Part shown: piece after piece, positions 13,048 through 25,192 of the stretch
Numbering within the stretch: the first letter of the stretch is position 1
Layout: each line of letters begins with the position of its first letter
Assembly: GCA_964016885.1 (NCBI GenBank)
Contig: OZ024740.1
Span: 269,514,001 to 269,578,000, forward strand
Direction of reading: 5' to 3'
DNA from: Eledone cirrhosa
Lineage: Eukaryota
DNA length: 64,000 bases
Position numbers and translations under genes: made by a program
The notes under the pieces: model-generated
The model's input: the letters and a program-made list of their open reading frames with translations, nothing else
Database searches by the model: none
What the model was told of the DNA's origin: nothing

Positions 13048-13509
13048 TATATAAATAAATAAATACGTAACTATTTGAGAAAAACATACGGAAAAGAAGA
13101 TCGTCAGGGAAAATAGTATGTGGAATATATTAAGAGTGGTGGTTCTGGATTGTGGAGTGGTGGTTCTGGATTATAACAAAATTAATGAAATTGCCATACT
13201 GGGTAGGTAAAGATAACAAGTATTTCAAACCCCAAATTGCTATATCTAAAGGGATGTGAGGAAGTTATTATATTATAGATGGTTGAATGGCTTGGATAAT
13301 ATTAGGTGGTAGGAGTGGGTTCTTATGACAAGTTTATCCTGTAGATGAAAGTGTTGCGCACAAACACACTCGCACACAATTTTGCAAATCATCATCATCG
13401 TTTAACGTCCATTTTCCACGGTAGCAGGGTTTGAACGGTTTTATCCCATTGGAGGCAAGATTGATCGGGAGATCGTGTCTCGCTCGTATAGAACTGTTTC
13501 TGACAGGCC

Positions 13510-13594
<85 letters not shown>

Positions 13595-13606
13595 CACACA
13601 CACACA

Positions 13607-13657
<51 letters not shown>

Positions 13658-13804
13658 ACGAAGGAGTTGTGGTAAGGAACCAGATGAACCATAACGCACC
13701 AGAGTACTCAATACTTAGGGTAGTAGAGTGGGTAATAGGAAAATGTAAGACCCTGACGGCAGAGCTCAAGCCGTTTTGACGGCTATATATATATATATAT
13801 ATAA

Positions 13805-14437
13805 CATTACATTCATATATATATATAACATTACATTCATCTTTTTTTACCTTAATTTATATTCCTTTTGAAGTTCCGATGAACTGCTCCAATTTTAATT
13901 AAGTTAATTATCTTCAACTGAACCAGATCAATAATGATCTATAATCATTTGATCCAGAAACATTATATGGAGTAGCGAAACAATTGTAAACGGACATTAT
14001 TTTTCCAGCATAGTTACATCCCTTTACGATCTGAGTTCAAATCCCGCCGAGGTTGACTTTGCCTTTCATCCTTACGGGATCGATAAAATAAAGTACCAGT
14101 AATGCACTGGGTAATTGCTGGCCTTGTGCCCAAAGTAGAAACAATTATTAGTATTATTATTATTATTATTCTTTACATTCCTTACATTAAACTAAAACTA
14201 TGTTGACAATCTTTTAATAATGTCTTCCTTGTGAAATTTGTGGTCTTGTTTTGCTTAACTAATGAATATTTCCAGCTCTGTGCACCTAACCTCTCCACGA
14301 ACCCAGCCATCTAGCTGCCTTCCACTGCATATTGCACACTGAGCTCATGCCTTTACGTTTTGGCTTCTAACTAATTCACCAATCTCTCTTCTCCTCTCCT
14401 ATCTCCATCTCTCTCTTTAAGATTGGTTACTCTTGAA

Positions 14438-14440
<3 letters not shown>
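13805..14440 (+). mobile_element. Solo pseudo-LTR of a Penelope-like element with HHR motif (13873-13991), interrupted by a SINE
   Basis: Homologous to 31590-32070; (TA)n both sides. The SINE fragment at ~14003-14150 is absent from the other copies. Confidence 0.8.
14003..14170 (+). mobile_element. 5'-truncated MetaSINE-type copy inserted in an (ATT)n tract
   Basis: B box, core and (ATT)n tail. The empty site is visible at 31783-31803 as an uninterrupted cattattattatt... Confidence 0.85.
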
Positions 14441-14477
<37 letters not shown>

Positions 14478-16425
14478 GTACAAGCACACACACACACAGA
14501 CACAGACACAGACACAGGCACACACACACACACACATATATATACACACACACACATATATGTATGTATGCGTGCTCAAAATTCCCGCTTTCCAGAGTTG
14601 AATTTTGTCTTTCACCCTTCCGGATAGGATTCCAGTTCTTTGTTTTCTGAGTTCAAATCTCAACCTGGTCTATTTTGGCGGTAAACTTAATCGGTCGCCT
14701 AGATTTATATCATTACCTTGCAGGTAACATATTTACCGCATACAGATATGCTATTCTTGTAGATAAAAAATTTCCTACCGGGGAGATTGTCACGACAAGA
14801 TGTGCTGAGTGTTGTTGCACACACATTTTGAAAGGTATTTAATTAATTGTACTAATGGTGGTGCAATAGTATGGTCCGAGCTCATGGACGGCAGCTGGTA
14901 AAATATTAAAAGAGTAAAAAAATGTATTAATACGCTAATTAGTGATTTGAATGGCTTTATAACCAGACGTGCCTACCTTTTTTTTATAATAAACACACCC
15001 CCAAACACACAAATCAAAATTTTCCATTCAATTTCTGTCTTTCAAAAGCAACTCCCAAGACAGTTACGAACTGAAGCTTATTGAAGAATATACTTTCTCA
15101 AGGTGCCACGCAGAGGGATCGGGCCCGGAACCATTTGACTATAATACGAACGTCCTATCGCACAACTCAGCCTGATTAGGCTTCTCAGTTTTACATTTGG
15201 TTATCCTAAAAGCTACAGTGCAGCTGTGTATAAGCAATCAACATCAAAAGCAAAAACATGAAAGTAAATTTGGATAAAACAGATATATTTTACACATTAC
15301 TTTATTATTCGTACTACTGAATCACAATTCTTTTCTTTTAATAAGGTTTTCAATTCTTTGTAATTACCATACGGCTATACTGTCAATATGGTTCACAGAC
15401 GTATGTGTATGCGAGCTCGCTCGCATGTGTGTGTTGTGTGTATATATGTTTTTGTTTGTCTGTTTTTGTGTCATAGATCAATATTATACAACATTTCAAC
15501 TAGAACAGTTCAATATTCATTCTCGAGTTTATACATCCCTGCGCACCGTAAATAATGTGCGTATACTTTCACTTACATATTTCAGGTGGGACTTTTTAAG
15601 TCTGTAGTTGATGATAAATAAGATAAAAAAGATGACACAACCACTCAATATCAGAGCGAGTGAAATTCCCAGCAATTCATTAAGTCCTTGTGATCGAAAT
15701 TCAAACATCGTTTCTGTAAATAAATAAAGGAAAGTTAGAATTGTAAATAAAAATGTTATGAATTTTGTTTCAAATACAACGCGACATTTTTAGGAGTGTG
15801 AATGGTCAACTAAATTTACTATATTTTTTTTATAGATACTACTTTCATTGATCATGGAATGTTGAAAAGCAAAGTCAACATCGAGCTGGGCTTTGAAATC
15901 AGAAATTTAAAGGACAATTAAATACCGCTAAGCATTTTGATCTGCTGCTCTATAGATTAAAAAAAAATAGTTGGAAAATCGATAGCTATATTCTTTGATT
16001 AAATAAAACACGACTTGTGTATAAATACATATACATAATATGAAGCATTTTTTTTTTTTACAAAAGGTGCTTGCATTAAGCTGGTTAAAAGAGTGTAACA
16101 TTGGTCTAAAATGATCTAAAATGAATACATAGATATTGTTCTAGCATCTTCATGCCTCAATAGCTGCAACCAATAAGAGAGTAAACGTGAGTTCAATACT
16201 TGTGCAGGTATACTTATCTTCTATTAAGGATCGATAAAAATACGATTAGTAAAATGATACATTATATTCCTCCTCTGCAATGATTAGGTGATGTACTCCA
16301 ATATGAAATCGATATAAATGCGTAGTGGCCACCATAGAGTAAGAGATAAGGTTTCGGTTCAGCTTGTCTAAACTAGCTGAAATTACGAACGACATATGAA
16401 GATAGACGACGTTTTGGCTAAAAAG

Positions 16426-16821
16426 TACATGGGTTGAAAAGTTCATAGGCTGACCAAGATATTCTCATGAAATGACCAAATGAAGTTTAATTTTCAACAT
16501 AATCCCTGGACAGAAACGATAAATTTATTAATAAGAAGAGTTAATATTCATTGTTTCTACTTTTGGCACAAGGCCAGAAATTATCCCAGTGCATTATTAG
16601 TACTTTATTTTATCGACCCCGTAAGGATGAAAGGTAAAGTTAATCTCGGGGGGATTTGAACTCAGACCATAAAGGGCCGTAGCTCTATGATGTAAAGCAT
16701 GGCGTCTGACCCTCTACCGATACTGCGAATCCACCGAGTTAAAATTAATGCATGAAAGATTTCATAGCTCTAGCATCACTCCTTCATAGTCAGTCTATGA
16801 ACTTTTCAGCCGACATTCGTA
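16426..16821. mobile_element. Mariner-derived MITE (same family as 12849, opposite orientation) carrying a SINE
   Basis: Ends match the 12849 element. A further fragment lies at ~59020-59092. Confidence 0.75.
16545..16735 (-). mobile_element. Full-length MetaSINE-type copy with TSD GAGTTAA
   Basis: GAGTTAA at 16538-16544 and 16736-16742; single-copy at the corresponding site of the uninterrupted MITE. Confidence 0.88.
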
Positions 16822-19737
16822 CATCAGTGCCACGAATAGGACCCAGCATCAACTTTGTATGCAATCGGGTGAGCGCTGTAGAGTTAACAGTGTGGAAATA
16901 AATTCTTTGCAATACGAATTTGTGTCTCGGTTTTCATTACCATTTAAAGAAAATCATATTATCTACGCACTTAAAGAATTACAACATATTGCACATGTGT
17001 TGAGGTACATTGAAGGGCAACTATATATCACAGTTGCATTTAAATATTTGTTTGTATATATGGATCGATAGTACATTCTGTAAAGCTACTATTGGTCTTG
17101 CGCATCCAACTGCAAACCCCGATATGTAAGTAATCATTTGACGGGCTGCGTGTGATCAAAAGAACTAATGCCTCAAATATACATTATACATCGTCCTAGC
17201 TGAGAGCCACATTTCGAATTTCAATATGCAGAGGTTTGTGGTATGTGATAATCTGGGCATCTTGCCATTTTATCTCTTCCCATCTTATTTCTTTGTATAA
17301 CTATTGAAGTTCTTATAGGGCCCGACAGACGATCAATATGAATAGGCTCCGAGTGTGAAAGTTGCTGTTCATCTGAGCTTATCTTTGTTAGTGTGTATAA
17401 CATCAGTTCAGTATTTGGAGCCAAAATGGTATTCATGCTGCAGGTCTTTTTCTTTGTATGCTTAGATATACGTGTAGTAGCAGAGTGTGTGCAACAAACA
17501 CCGGATTGTTTGCAACAAAGTAATTTTAGAAAACGGCTCCCAAAAGATATGAGAAGCAATGCACTTAGAATTATACAATTGGAATTCGTGTTATGATTGG
17601 AATATAAAACATCAGTTTTATATTTGTAAATGTTGTTAGCATGTGGGAATAAATCTTTTATGACAGAATTATATAAAAAAATTATGTGACTCATCTTAAT
17701 ACAATGAACCGTTATTTTCACTAAATTGAATTGACAGATTTACAAAGTCCAACGTCCATAAAGCAGTTCTTAAATAGAACATAAGAGTAACCTAGAGGAA
17801 TATATACACGCCTTTAAGACATATTCACATTTGTAAAAGTAATAAATTTAGTTTAGAAGGCATTTTCGACTTACTGTATTTTATTTTATTATTTTATCTA
17901 TTCTCACGGACGATGTGTCTCAAAGTACAAAACATGTTAACTACTTCAGAACAAAATGTAACGCTATTCTTTGAAAAATCATTTCATAATGATAGTATAT
18001 AGTCAATTCATTCTATGTACAATAGTAGATAAAACTTCAGTGCACTTACGGTTTAATTCTTCAAAACAAAGTTACCCTTTTGTTAGCGACATCCACAGAA
18101 ACCAACTAAAATGCATTATTACTTAAAAGTAACATTTCTTTTTGTCTGCTAATTCAATCTATCTTTTGAATATATCCCTATACATACAATTTTACAGGCA
18201 CCCGAATTAAAACTTTGCTCGTCGATCCATCTAAATCGATGCAACTCACCGACGACATAAGTGCTGTTTGGTAAGCAAGTGCTTTCGTTCAAATCATTCT
18301 ATGGATCTGGAGAAAGTAAGGGCAATCCAGCTAAAGGATCGCAAAGACTGCTCTAACACGCGAAGGTGGTCTACTGTATCTAAAACAACGTGGAGATAAA
18401 AATAAATTTCTATGCTTCATCCTTCTTTAATTATTTAGTTCTACACAGAAAAGTGTTAGTGGTTATACTAATTGCCGGGACGAGAATTGTTAGATTTGAA
18501 GTGATCATTGATGAACTACATAAGATTTGGTCTTTATATAATATCCATCAATGGACCCTTAATTCTCTGTAATTAGCGCTGTCATAACATACGGCTTGTC
18601 TTAAGAATTTAAATCTGGTAAAACCCATCTATCACCGGGTTCGATCACAGGCGATTTCCTTTAGAGAAAAAGAGGAGCAAGAGAGAAAGTGAAAGCTAAA
18701 TATAAAGAAAGAGTCGCCTGCAGTGCTGCACTGGTACCATATCTATCAACTTCGAAGGGTGAAAGACAAAGCAACCTCCGGCTGCATTTCATCTCAGAGC
18801 ACATAGAGCCAAAACGAATTGCACAAAAGATTCTATTCGACATACTAACAACAGTTCTAATTTGCCGCCGTATTATATGGAATATCTTAGGCAATCGTTC
18901 TGATAGAGCTAATCTCCAGATTATGGTCAAAGAGAAGTTGAAGGTGAAGGTAATGAAATATTCATTAATTAATCTCTAATCACAATTTCAATTTTTCATA
19001 TTAGAAGTGAAGTAGACTAAAATGCTGAAGAAAACTGCAGATTTTTGTGAAAAGCAAATTTAATTATTTCTATGAATATTTAAAAAATATTTGTAGGCGA
19101 AAAAACACAAGCACACTTATACAATCATAAACGCATATATGCAAAGTTAGTATCTGAAAAGAGAAACATGCATTTTTAACCCATTCTATTTTGAATTACT
19201 TTCTGTTTATGACAGATGATAAGAATTAACATCTGATCATATTTGTAAATAAAAATTCAAACATTTCTTTACTCACGATTTTTGTACGTTGATTTCATGT
19301 TAAACATTTTGATTACACTGGATATTGGTCTAATGAACGAATTTAATTAGATGGAAGTAATCGTTCAGTAGAGCTAGTTGAACTGAAAGTCGTTCGAGCG
19401 ACAAGAAAATTATGAATGGAAACAAAGTTTGAACTTTGTACTATGAAAGAAAGTTACAATATCAGCTGCGAACTATTTGTGAAGTATTCTTAAGTTGATA
19501 GACACAAATACTGACTCATAGGCACGTGTACACACATATACACTGAATGTAAATCTTTCTTGGTTATAGTGGACCGAGCAAACTTATGATTAAAGAATTC
19601 TATACATGACCATCTTGTCTTTTCTAAGTTTGGAGAAAACACAACGAAGTTTTTGTAGAAAATAGAAGAATGTGATCCTGGAATGCACGGTATATTATGT
19701 CTTTTGTACATGATAGATCTGGAGGAAAGAGCTATGT

Positions 19738-19756
19738 CCCTAACCCTAACCCTAAC
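19738..19756. repeat. (CCCTAA)3 telomere-like tract
   Basis: Direct read; short and interstitial. Confidence 0.6.
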
Positions 19757-20210
19757 GCCTTCGCGAAGATATCAATATCGCTGATGTTCCGCACAAACTG
19801 TTGCAGTTCTATTACTTTTGGAAATATATGAGTAGGAGTAAGTTCAAGAGGGCTGATTGGAGAGTGACATATGAGAATAGACCTCCTGTAGATCTGGCTT
19901 CACTGAAGTCATATTTATGGCCGTTAATGTGTGTGTGTGTGAGAGAGAGAGAATGTGCGAGAGAGGAGGAGAGGGGGGAGAGGGGGAGGGAGATAGAGGG
20001 CAGGAAAGAAGGAAAAAGGGAGCAAAAAAGAAAGAGAGATGGAGAGAGCAAGAAAGAAAGAACAAGAGGAGTGGGGGAGGCAGATTCAACATGCTGGAGA
20101 ACGTCATTGTTAATGACTGTCTCCATTATATTTGGGATATTAAAAATGAGGTTAATGGGATGAAAAGTTCGAAGGGCAAACTGTGATCTTCTTCTTATTA
20201 TTATTATTAT

Positions 20211-22829
20211 GTTCGATGGGCCCGCGTGGCGGAGGCGCAGCGTGGTAATAAAACCACAATTCGGTCTTTGGCGGACCGAGACGGACACGAGATAAGGGGT
20301 TCCAAGCGGATGTGTGAGGCCTTTCGCCAGCACTTTGCTCGGTTGTTCGGGGAGAGTGGCGAGTCAGAGAGAGTAGCGGATTTCAGTCCCTACCTTGACG
20401 GCTTGCCGCGCATCTCGACGGTCGACGCTGAGCGCTGCGAAAGGCTGATTACTTCAGCTGAAATTCAGGACGCCCTTGTCGCCTGCATGAGGCGCAAGTC
20501 ACCGGTTTGGATGGCCTGCCCTACGAGCTTTACGTAAATATGCCAGACTTGTTCTCCGAACTTCTCGAAGCACTCTACTGTAACTGGCAGCAGAATGGGA
20601 GTATTCCCAGTTCTGTGAGCAGGGGAGTGGTGACGCTGATAAGGAAAGACGAGAACAAGAGGGATACATTAGACAACTTCAGGCCCATAACTCTGCTCAA
20701 CACAGAGTTTAAGATTTTGGCCAAGATGTTAGCAAAGAGATTGGCGCTTGTCGTCGAGGATTTGGTTGGGGAGGCGCAAACTTGCGCAATCCCAGCCAGG
20801 TCCATACAGGACAATCTCCACCTCATGCGATACATAATAGAGAGGGTAGGGTGTAAACCTGGCTTCGGTGGGGCACTGATCAATTTAGATCAATCGAAAG
20901 CATTCGATAGGGTCGACCATCGGTATCTGGAGTTTGTCCTCAAAGCAGCTGGCTTCGGCCCTGTCTTTAGAAGCTGGATCGTTGCAATGCACAGCGGCAC
21001 ACGCTCGGTGGTCAAGGTTAATGGCCATCTCTCGGAACCATTTCGGCTCTCCCGATCGGTCCGTCAACGGTGCCCTCTCTCTTCCCTTCTGTACGTATTG
21101 ACTCTCGAGCCTTTACTGCGGAAGCTGGAGCTGTTGCAGGGCATCCCGCTCGAACCGGGACGTGGAAAGGCGGTGTCGGCTTATGCGGACGACATCACCG
21201 TGATGGTGTCGAACACCTCAGAAATCGAGGTGGTCGGCACCTTATTGAAGGAATATGAAAGGTTGACAGGAGCCAAACTTAACCCGGAAAAGTCGGTGGG
21301 CTTGCAGCTCGGAACCTGGAGAGGCAAGCCCATGCCGTCCAACAGCGTCGTGGGGCGCTGGACGGACGGACCAGTAAAGTTGCTCGGGGTTTGGTTCGGA
21401 CCAGACCTCCAGGTGGAAAAGAATTGGGACGAGGTAACGAGCAGAGTAGCCAGTCTCACCCAAAAATGGGCTGGGAGGAAGCTATCACTGAAAGGTCGCG
21501 CGGAGGTGGCGAATGCGTACATCGCGTCCGTCATCTATTACCGCCTAACCGTCGTGCCTTGCCCCCGTCCGCGTCTCGTCAAGTTGGAACGGCTCCTCTT
21601 CAAATTCTTGTGGAGGGGACAAGTTCCGTTGGTGAGGCGGTCCATCTGCTGCCAGCACCCTCTACGCGGAGGGCTGGGCATGCCGTGGCTAATGATGCGC
21701 AGACATGCGTTGAGGCTGCGACATTTCCAGATATTCTGCCTCAATGGTGAACAAGTGTGGTCGCCGTTTATCAGACGGGCCTTTCCGCAGCTCATTTCTT
21801 TGACTGAGCTACAGTCCTGGGTCAAGAAGAGACCGAGACTGGGTGACTGGCACCTGGAATGTTGCCAGGCACTCACTGCCCTCTACCAAGCGGGCAATGC
21901 GATCAGTGGAACTTCCACTCTCGAGTTCTATAGAGGATTAGTGGTGGGCAAGTGCGATGACGCACTCGGAGAAGCTTTGGGCCTCGACGAAGTCGAACTA
22001 ACCAGCCTGTACCGGAGGACTTTTGAGCCGGGGACGATGGACAATTTCCAGAAATCCCTCGCTTGGCAGTGCTACCGGGGGGCACTGCCGGTTCGGGATA
22101 AACTCTACAGGCACGGAAGTGCTGTCAGACGGACCTGCCCAAGATGCGCACAGAACGACGAAACCGTTTTGCACGCACTTGTCCAATGTCCGTGCATTAC
22201 TGACTTGTGGAGTTATGTCGAACAGCTACTGTCGCGTGTGGAACGAATCCGGTTATCGGCCGAGTCCATAGTGAAGATCGAGCCGCCACCTTCCTTAGGT
22301 CAGGAAGAGCAGGACATTTTCCTCTGTCTGGTGGCAGTTGCGAAAGAGATTATATGGTGGACCAGGTTGAATGGACTAAAGACAGACACTTTTCTCTTCG
22401 GCCAATCCCTCATCAACTTCTTCAAGTTTCACCTGGAAAGAGGGGTGAGGGTGGAGAGAGAAGTGCTGCCCCCCAGTACATTTGCTAAAAGGTGGGTGAA
22501 TGTGGCGAGAATGGCTCGTGTGAATGGGCCTACTCTGACCATGCGCCTATAGGCTGGCTAACTTGAGGAGAGGGGTGCTCTCCTGGGTGCCCTAGAAGCG
22601 CAGGGTGGTTCAGGATTGGTGGGGTACCCGAATCACCCCAGGGTCGTCCACCCCCTATCGGGGAATTTATTTTGTTATATTTTGCATAGTTTATTTCATA
22701 TTTTTATATTTTCATTGTTAAATTAGTCTTGCCATTGTGCACTTTTACTCGACCTTATTGTAAACCCCCACTGTCCCTGTCTTTGTATTGTCCACTACAT
22801 GTCGGCCCTTGTGGCTAATAAATGAAATC
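20211..22829 (+). mobile_element. Tx1-clade (L1 group) LINE copy A, 5'-truncated
   Basis: ORF2 C-terminal ~780 codons; 3' UTR with AATAAA; (ATT)n on both sides; no poly(A). Confidence 0.92.
20507..22552 (+). CDS. Tx1-type ORF2 fragment: reverse transcriptase + C-terminal zinc finger (681 aa open)
   Basis: FRPITLLNTEFKIL, LDQSKAFDRVDH, SVRQRCPLS, YADD, GGLG, CPRC..ETVLHALVQC. Joined to ORF 20226-20537 by one frameshift at the SPGLDG motif. Confidence 0.92.
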   Translation: MDGLPYELYVNMPDLFSELLEALYCNWQQNGSIPSSVSRGVVTLIRKDENKRDTLDNFRPITLLNTEFKILAKMLAKRLALVVEDLVGEAQTCAIPARSIQDNLHLMRYIIERVGCKPGFGGALINLDQSKAFDRVDHRYLEFVLKAAGFGPVFRSWIVAMHSGTRSVVKVNGHLSEPFRLSRSVRQRCPLSSLLYVLTLEPLLRKLELLQGIPLEPGRGKAVSAYADDITVMVSNTSEIEVVGTLLKEYERLTGAKLNPEKSVGLQLGTWRGKPMPSNSVVGRWTDGPVKLLGVWFGPDLQVEKNWDEVTSRVASLTQKWAGRKLSLKGRAEVANAYIASVIYYRLTVVPCPRPRLVKLERLLFKFLWRGQVPLVRRSICCQHPLRGGLGMPWLMMRRHALRLRHFQIFCLNGEQVWSPFIRRAFPQLISLTELQSWVKKRPRLGDWHLECCQALTALYQAGNAISGTSTLEFYRGLVVGKCDDALGEALGLDEVELTSLYRRTFEPGTMDNFQKSLAWQCYRGALPVRDKLYRHGSAVRRTCPRCAQNDETVLHALVQCPCITDLWSYVEQLLSRVERIRLSAESIVKIEPPPSLGQEEQDIFLCLVAVAKEIIWWTRLNGLKTDTFLFGQSLINFFKFHLERGVRVEREVLPPSTFAKRWVNVARMARVNGPTLTMRL

Positions 22830-23061
22830 ATTATTATTATTATTATTGAATGCCATGGTTGACGGAGGCTCGGCTCTGTAAGGTATATTAATATTTAACC
22901 GCTATAACAATTGTAAATTGTTTAAAACTTTAACCAAATTGTAGATAAAAACACCCTCCTCCTCGTGAGAGGGGTCTTTCTGCCAGTTATTTGGCCCTTC
23001 GGGGTTAAATAACCGCTTATTGGGATTTTGTGCCCAATATTCATTTTAAACCAAAAAAAAC

Positions 23062-25192
23062 ATGGCTACAAAAAAGAATTTTCACAAGTCACTCCCACTC
23101 ATTCCGTCTTCTTCTTCCTCAATCGTCACTACATCAGAGAGAAGATTGTCTCTCTCCCTCCCTTCTCTTTCGCAAGCGACGCCAGTAAAGAAAAAGAAAA
23201 ATATAGTTTCTGATAGTTTCCAAGAGCACGTGCATACCGTGGAACATTTCTCCACGACGACGACAACGACGAAAAATGTGTGCAGTAAATACGGAAAGCC
23301 ATTTCATTCGTCTGACGTCATGAATAATAGCAGTAGCAGCCGTAATAACAGCAGCAGCAGCAACAGTGACAAGGAAAACAATAGTAGCAGCCGCAACAGC
23401 ATCAGCAACAACAACAACAGCAGCAGCAGCAGCAGCAGCAACAACAACAACAACCACAGCAACAGCGGCGGCGGCTGTCGTAGTACCAGCAGCAACAACA
23501 AAAGTAACAGCAGCTCTGACGATAACAACAACAACAACAAGAAAGAAAAACCAATCTCAAAGAACCTGGAAACCATCCTTATAACAAATGAGGAATTACA
23601 GGAAGCCAAGAAGATGGGGACGAAAACCGGATACCGAGCAATCTGCAAGGCAGCCGAAAAATATTTCGAAACCCAACAGCACTGTACGGTCACGTACCGT
23701 ACAGTAAGCACAAAATCCAGTAGGGTTGAAAGAGCCACAGAGGCTCAAATACAAAAAGCCTTAGGGTTTGTGTGGCAGCGGAACGCATATCACCCGAGGC
23801 AAGAAATATGCCACCGTGGACGTGCTTTTTGCCACACCCCAGGAAGCAAAGGCTCAATCCTTAGTGACCCTAAGGAGCGAGGAAATGGTGTTGGTGCCCT
23901 CCTACTGCGGGCAAAAAATTGTGAGGGTCAAACTGACCCCCCCCCCCCGGGATGGCCCCTTCTTGGCTGGCCGCGTCTGTCCTCGTCGGAATCGAGGACA
24001 AAACAACTGTACTGTACTGCAAGTACAGAAAAAAGTACGAGAAGATTGGGTCGGCACCTCCATTGAGATGTTAATCCAAACCAACCAGGAGTGCATCGAT
24101 AACGGCACTCAACTGCTCATAAGTGTTGAGGGCAAACGCCCGAAATGCTTTCGCTGTGGGTCGAAGACACACCTCAGGGCCTTCTGCAATGAGAAGACCC
24201 TGAGAAAGGAGAAAACCCCCTCATTCCGAAACCGGCTCCACTGCTACCAGCAACAGGACAGGTGGCAAGCACGAGGGATAGGTCCGTGGCACCCATAACG
24301 ACGCCACGGAAATCAGGAAGAGCAGCAGCAGTGATTAACAACAACAGTAATACCAACTGCAGCTGCAACAGAGACTCCACTGCAACCATCACCAACAAGA
24401 ACAAGTGAAAGAGTGGAGCCCGTACCCCTCCCCGACCTCACAGAATCAGACATGGAGTGTGAGGTAGGAGAGGGATGGCAAAAGGTCGCAAGAAGGCACA
24501 CACGCAGAAGCAGCGCATCGTCGCCTTCGAAAAAGGAGGAAAGAAATGAAAAAAGGGTAAAGGCTACTGCAAAGAGACTTACAGCAGCAACACCACCAAC
24601 ACCATCACCACCCACACTAGCACCACCATCACCACCGACGACAACCCCACCGCCAACAACAACAACACCTTCAACACCACCACCACAAGCACCAACATCG
24701 CAAACACAACAACAAAACACACACACCCAGCAACAACGACAAGAAAATAGCAGGACCACACCCCACCGCCAGAAAAACAAATGCACGGCAATAAATACAC
24801 ACAAGAAACTAATGACTTACATAATTGAACACACAGACATTTCAAAGCACGACTACATAATACCAGCACCAATCAAAACACCAACGAACATAAAACTGGT
24901 AAGAATAGCACAGAAACAATACACAAACATTCAAACGAAATTCCCCCTAGCAGTTGGTGATTTCAGAGACCTAGGAGGGACTCTCAACCGGAGAGTATAT
25001 TTGGATATACTCATAGAAGAGCCGACGACCAGCCGAAGGGACGATTCAACGGTCCCTTCACCAGACGATCAAATGAAAAGGGATGGAGAAACCATCCTTC
25101 CTCTACAAGAAGCAAGGCAAGTGGTCTTTCCCATCTTTTCCACTCCAATTCAACATGGCCTCACTCAGAATAGGCAGCATAAATGCGCGTAG
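23062..25192 (+). pseudogene. Tx1 ORF1 (gag-like, CCHC knuckle), frameshifted
   Basis: EGKRPKCFRCGSKTHLRAFC (CX2CX4HX4C); trinucleotide-derived S/N and T/P/Q tracts; split across ORFs 23062, 23768 and 24413. Confidence 0.75.

Noticed and set aside
17221-17721. 166-aa minus-strand ORF in non-repetitive sequence
   Set aside because: No recognisable domain in the frames I examined; cannot be supported as a gene without homology or expression data.
18665-18979. 96-aa plus-strand ORF with possible AG/GT boundaries
   Set aside because: No identifiable homology; could equally be an eroded LINE fragment.
19738-19756. Telomeric repeat as evidence of a chromosome end or fusion
   Set aside because: Only three units; such short tracts are common in invertebrate repeats.
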